From sequence record OM355495.1: 39,496 bases of DNA. One strand, given 5' to 3'. The DNA is from Escherichia phage ZH4. The notes below the pieces were generated by a model. It searched no databases and was not told where the DNA came from. It worked only from the letters and a program-made list of their open reading frames with translations. The position numbers and the translations under genes were made by a program. This document shows, piece by piece, positions 35,757-39,496 of the stretch. Position 1 is the first letter of the stretch; every line of letters starts with the position of its first letter.

Positions 35757-37520
35757 CTAGTGGAACGTAACGTAGGACCCTAGTCCCAGCTCGTCGTCTG
35801 TATCGTGAGTTACCCTGACCCCATTGTCCCAGAACTCAGTGTGTATTGACTCGAAGCCTTTCCGTGGGTTCTCCATCTGTTCCTCAAGCCACTCCTCAGT
35901 GACTTCACGTTCTCCTTTGTTGGCATCCTTAGCCATGGACTCAACGAAGAACTGTACACCGATAGCCAGCGCATCAAGTCGGTCATCATGTGCCAAGGCT
36001 CCACGTTCACGAGATATACGTGTCATCTGGTAGAAGAGAGAGTAGATAGGGTTACGAACACCATCCTTATCAGCGGCTGACTGGTAGTCTTGGACGATAG
36101 CAGCAGCGTTAACGATAAGTCTGTGAGACCCCATGATAGGCTCCAGAACGTCACAGATGCGGAGTTCTTTCTGACCCTTACTCTTCACTTCAGTTACAGC
36201 AGCAGGATGGATACGGGCCGCTACAGGCTTGAATAACTCAAGGTACATACCATCACCGAAGTTACCCTCAATGACGTATTCGTTGACCTTCCACTTACGA
36301 CCAATCTTAGCCAAGGCTTCCAGCGTAGAGTCTTCATAACCACCACGCATGCCACCAACTTCCATAGCGAAGATGTAGCCGTTGAGTTGATACAGTACCG
36401 CATAACCAGTTTCATCCTTACCACGACCACTAGGGTCAATGACCAGAATCTTCTGGGTGTATGAGCTGAACGCAGAACCTACAGTCTGATACGTGTGGTA
36501 CGAGTCACCCATGAGTCCAACGTTAGGAACGTCCTCACGCTTGTTCTGAGGGTTCGGCAACCATTGGTAGACCATTGGACTGGACGCTGGGTCCAAGTCT
36601 GCTACGATAAGGTCACGGAGCTTCAGAGGGTACTTCTCTGCATCACTCAGGTTCGGGTTAAGCATGAACTGTAGAGCGAAGCCAGCTTTACCGTAAGATA
36701 ACTCACGTTCCTTAAGGTCCGTATCATCGAAGCGTACTTCATCAGTCGGACGCCAGTAGAAGGACTCAGGGTCCTCTTCCAGCTCTGCTTGAAGCATAGG
36801 AGCCAGACGGTCGCCGTAAGACTGCCAGTCCTTCCTGTCGCGTGGATAACGAGCCGGCCAGATAGTAGTGGTATACCCACGACCTTCAAGCTCACGATAC
36901 AGGGTCATCTCGTTCTGAGGAGTACCCAGATAGATTATTGTACCTCCAGGCTTAAGGATAGCGTCGAACTCTTTCACAAGCTCTGACAGACGGTCTCGCG
37001 CAGCCTGAGTAGCAGAGTTGTTAGGAACCTCCACGTCATCGGCAATCAGGATGTCAGCACGACTACCAGTCAACTGACCAGTGATACCAACGGACTTAAC
37101 AGAAGGTGAGTGGTCTGGCTTGGCTGGCCCAACGTCGAAGCTAATAACCGCATCTCGCTGTCCCTGCTTAGGTTTGAGTTCCTGAAGCTGAGGCATTAGG
37201 TCGATGATTCGCTTGATGAAGATGGAGTTAGCATCAGCTCGTTCCTTTGAGGCCGACACAATCATGAACTTCAAGTCTGGGTTGTTCCATAGTTTCCAGA
37301 CCACGAAGGCACACGTAATGAAGGACTTCCCGATACCACGGAACGCCTGTAGGATGAAACGCCTGTTGTCCCCAGCGGAGAGCTTACGAGCCATATCTAT
37401 CTGGCATCTAGTCGGGACTGGTAGTGACAGAGCTTTCCACAGGACGAACAGGAAGAACACGAAGTCTGCCTTCATACGGGCAGTCATTAGCGCCTGACGC
37501 GCCACTAAGTCTTTACTCAA
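35757..37520 (-). CDS. Terminase large subunit / DNA maturase B (T7 gp19 homolog), 587 aa
   Basis: Near-identical blocks with T7 gp19 ([167 protein letters not shown]). Confidence 0.98.
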   Translation of the reverse strand: MSKDLVARQALMTARMKADFVFFLFVLWKALSLPVPTRCQIDMARKLSAGDNRRFILQAFRGIGKSFITCAFVVWKLWNNPDLKFMIVSASKERADANSIFIKRIIDLMPQLQELKPKQGQRDAVISFDVGPAKPDHSPSVKSVGITGQLTGSRADILIADDVEVPNNSATQAARDRLSELVKEFDAILKPGGTIIYLGTPQNEMTLYRELEGRGYTTTIWPARYPRDRKDWQSYGDRLAPMLQAELEEDPESFYWRPTDEVRFDDTDLKERELSYGKAGFALQFMLNPNLSDAEKYPLKLRDLIVADLDPASSPMVYQWLPNPQNKREDVPNVGLMGDSYHTYQTVGSAFSSYTQKILVIDPSGRGKDETGYAVLYQLNGYIFAMEVGGMRGGYEDSTLEALAKIGRKWKVNEYVIEGNFGDGMYLELFKPVAARIHPAAVTEVKSKGQKELRICDVLEPIMGSHRLIVNAAAIVQDYQSAADKDGVRNPIYSLFYQMTRISRERGALAHDDRLDALAIGVQFFVESMAKDANKGEREVTEEWLEEQMENPRKGFESIHTEFWDNGVRVTHDTDDELGLGSYVTFH

Positions 37521-37966
37521 TGCGTCACCTCCTTATCTTGCTGCAAGGCTCTCACAGTGTCCTGAAGGGCCTTAATCCACTTGTCTCCTTTCAGTCCGAT
37601 GGCGATAAGACGTTTAGCATCTCGTTCGTCAAGTTCGGCGTAACCATCAATGACGCATCGACCGTCACTTTGCGTGGTTCCACTCGTTGGTTTGACTCGG
37701 ATGCGCAGCCGCTTATTGTCAGACTGAAGGTCAGCAATAATCCTATCAGTGCTACCTTCCAGCGAGGACATTTCGTCCTGAAACCGCTTGGACACTTTGC
37801 TGACTTCAGCTTGGACAGCAAGCCTTGTATCTTCCGATGCCTTAAGATTCGAGGTGTATTCTGCATTGACCTTAGCCTCCCACTTATTGTTAGCGGTGTG
37901 GTAGCCACCAGCAAACATCACTGCTGCAAGTAACCACGGAGCCGCTCTCTTTAAAAATTCGAGCAT
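37517..37966 (-). CDS. Rz-like i-spanin (T7 gp18.5 position), 149 aa
   Basis: N-terminal transmembrane segment ([15 protein letters not shown]) followed by a charged periplasmic segment; sits between small and large terminase as T7 18.5 does; contains an embedded out-of-frame ORF. Confidence 0.75.
   Translation of the reverse strand: MLEFLKRAAPWLLAAVMFAGGYHTANNKWEAKVNAEYTSNLKASEDTRLAVQAEVSKVSKRFQDEMSSLEGSTDRIIADLQSDNKRLRIRVKPTSGTTQSDGRCVIDGYAELDERDAKRLIAIGLKGDKWIKALQDTVRALQQDKEVTH
37591..37866 (-). CDS. Putative Rz1-like o-spanin embedded in the +1 frame of the Rz-like gene; start codon uncertain
   Basis: Embedded frame encodes ...[18 protein letters not shown]..., a hydrophobic stretch ending in a lipobox-like ISGC, but the nearest in-frame ATG is about 50 codons upstream. 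Confidence 0.3.
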   Translation of the reverse strand: MQNTPRILRHRKIQGLLSKLKSAKCPSGFRTKCPRWKVALIGLLLTFSLTISGCASESNQRVEPRKVTVDASLMVTPNLTNEMLNVLSPSD

Positions 37967-38020
37967 AGTTGCCCTCCCGGTTTATCAGATTTCACGTAGA
38001 GTCTCCTCCACTAGTTAGTG

Positions 38021-38064
38021 TTAACCATAAAGGCCACTACACATAGTAATGACCTTGAGTCTAA
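38021..38064 (-). repeat. Conserved 43-bp element copy 3 (putative RNase III site, R18.5 position) between small terminase and the Rz-like gene
   Basis: Plus sense TTAACCATAAAGGCCAC...AATGACCTTGAGTCTAA; same element as 22090..22130 and 29734..29776. Confidence 0.55.
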
Positions 38065-38067
38065 CAC

Positions 38068-38331
38068 TTATTGAACGCCATACCCGGTGTCATTATCCTC
38101 AGTCGCTGAAAGCACCTTATCGTACTCTGCGTTCAGGGCCTCCATATCAGCGAGCGTCTTCTCGTCAACAGACACCTTGCTTAGCACGAAGTTGTGACGA
38201 GCCAGTAGCTTCTCAATGGCGTTGTAAAGCTGAGGTGAACGCTTAGAGTCATCCCGCAGGTCTTGCAGCATGAGTCGAGCACGTTCAGTATCTAGCATTA
38301 AGAGGAACTTCTCTAAGTCCATCTGCGTCAT
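38068..38331 (-). CDS. Terminase small subunit / DNA maturase A (T7 gp18 homolog), 87 aa
   Basis: LLMLDTERARLMLQDL...RSPQLYNAIEKLLARHNF is consistent with the T7 gp18 N-terminal region; position between holin and Rz. Confidence 0.8.
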   Translation of the reverse strand: MTQMDLEKFLLMLDTERARLMLQDLRDDSKRSPQLYNAIEKLLARHNFVLSKVSVDEKTLADMEALNAEYDKVLSATEDNDTGYGVQ

Positions 38332-38522
38332 GTTTTACCACCTCCTTTAATCGTTTTGTAGACCAGAACACCAATCTGGACAACGGTGTACGCGATAGCT
38401 GCAACGTAGAACCACTCGTTCAGTGTGAGTCCAAAGAAGAACCGACTGGCACCATCAGCCGCAGCGGTCCCGACGATAGGAGAGGCTTTAAGGACCTCAT
38501 TCTTGAAGTCTAACTCAATCAT
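38328..38522 (-). CDS. Class II holin (T7 gp17.5 homolog), 64 aa
   Basis: MIELDFKNEVLKASPIVGTAAADGASRFFFGLTLNEWFYVAAIAYTVVQIG versus T7 gp17.5 MLSLDFNNELIKAAPIVGTGVADVSARLFFGLSLNEWFYVAAIAYTVVQIG. Confidence 0.93.
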   Translation of the reverse strand: MIELDFKNEVLKASPIVGTAAADGASRFFFGLTLNEWFYVAAIAYTVVQIGVLVYKTIKGGGKT

Positions 38523-38657
38523 AAAACCTCCAGTTTAAAGCGGGTCGTCCGTGACCCAAAGTTGTTACCATACGTTGGTCAGCGTGTAGGTAGCCTCTAC
38601 CTCCACAACCTTCAATCCCTTCTAATGATAAAACTAACCCAGTCGAAGCGGGTTTTG

Positions 38658-39496
38658 TTAATTTGATATTTGTTTCCAGTCAGAACTAGTCAACCCGTGT
38701 GACTTCCACCATGAGTTAGCGCTGTCACTCCATACTTCTTGCCCTATAAAGCGAGGAATTACTGTAGCTACAGGAGTAGGGCCGGATACAACTTGATACC
38801 CATACTTAGCTGGTCCTATAGCATTGTTCAAGATAAAATCTTTAGTTATTCCTCTTGCGCCATTAAACCACTCTAGATCCGTACCGCTAATACCGCTAAT
38901 AAACTCAGGTGAAAACTTAGTGAAACTGCAGCCAGCGTTCACTCGTGCCCCGTTGTAAGCGCTATATCCACTAGCCTGCGTGTTGCTCCAGCGACCACCA
39001 ACCACACTACCGTTGCTGCAATTTAAGAAGTACGCAGCATATCTAGCGAAACCTTCCAGGTTAACGTTTACAAGCTCAAATCCTGATGCACCATTGCACT
39101 GGATGCCATCATTGTTCGGTACACCACTTGTTGCTATTTGTGGGTTAGAGGCATACCCAGTTAAATTTGCACCATTAATAAAAATGCCGGTATTGGTATT
39201 CGCACCAAAGTATATACCAACTCCAGAGCAGTTCTGAACACTCAGGTTATTGATACGAATACCACTGGCATAGTTGAAACTGATAGCTCGTTCAGCCGCA
39301 CGCACACTCCTGTACCCAAAACCAATATCACGAAGGCGTATGTTACTCATAGTGATGTTAGCTGGGTTCATGCCTTGTGTTTCCGATTCAAACCCTTCAA
39401 ACGTTATTCCATTGCCACAGTTTGTAGCTATGACATTATCCACAACAATGTCAGCAACATAGCGTTTGAATCCCATAGCTCCATGAGCACAGTCCC
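38658..39496 (-). CDS. Tail fiber / tailspike (gene 17), C-terminal part with right-handed beta-helix (pectate-lyase-like) domain; continues upstream across the window junction (39370..39496 duplicates 1..127)
   Basis: Track ORF 38658..39476 is in frame with the minus-strand ORF from 1544. Repeated beta-helix-like rungs ([48 protein letters not shown]) typical of phage tailspike depolymerases. Confidence 0.85.
   Translation of the reverse strand, partial: DCAHGAMGFKRYVADIVVDNVIATNCGNGITFEGFESETQGMNPANITMSNIRLRDIGFGYRSVRAAERAISFNYASGIRINNLSVQNCSGVGIYFGANTNTGIFINGANLTGYASNPQIATSGVPNNDGIQCNGASGFELVNVNLEGFARYAAYFLNCSNGSVVGGRWSNTQASGYSAYNGARVNAGCSFTKFSPEFISGISGTDLEWFNGARGITKDFILNNAIGPAKYGYQVVSGPTPVATVIPRFIGQEVWSDSANSWWKSHGLTSSDWKQISN
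39370..39496. repeat. 127-bp exact duplicate of window positions 1..127 (circular-assembly overlap, lies inside gene 17)
   Basis: Direct comparison of the window ends; ORF-track coordinates confirm an offset of 39,369. Confidence 0.9.

Noticed and set aside
38630-38660. Possible intrinsic terminator hairpin straddling the gene 17 stop (minus sense CAAAACCCGCTTCGACTGGGTTAGTTTTATC)
   Set aside because: Only a 4-5 bp stem with a 7-9 nt loop and an interrupted U tract; too weak to call without transcript data.

Overview
This window is a complete, circularly permuted genome of a virulent T7-like podophage (Autographiviridae, T7 supergroup), shown as the reverse complement so every gene lies on the minus strand. 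The first 127 bases (1..127) repeat at 39370..39496, giving a unit genome of about 39,369 bp; the tail-fiber gene is split across this junction. Read from high to low coordinates the gene order is T7-like: the Ocr homolog (0.3) at 33646..34152, RNA polymerase, class II DNA-metabolism genes, then class III virion and packaging genes ending with large terminase at 35757..37520 and a 19.5-like ORF. The physical genome ends probably lie in the repeat-rich 34780..35270 region. I found 11 copies of a phage promoter with core TAAACTATCACTATAGGGA (minus sense), two T7 A3-like host promoters upstream of Ocr, a T-phi-like terminator after gene 10, a TE-like terminator after ligase, and three copies of a conserved 43-bp element at positions matching T7 RNase III sites. 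Departures from T7 worth follow-up: a tail fiber with a gp17-like N-terminus fused to a pectate-lyase-like beta-helix (likely depolymerase), an Ocr with a roughly 50-aa C-terminal extension, no gp0.7 kinase, a DUF3850-like gene between genes 11 and 12, a 146-aa orphan ORF between genes 3 and 3.5, two HNH endonucleases (one frameshifted at a C5 run), a gp16 with a non-T7 N-terminal domain, and a phage promoter directly upstream of the RNA polymerase gene. No tRNA, CRISPR, integrase or repressor genes were seen. All homology calls are from reading the translations against remembered T7 sequences; no database search was run.
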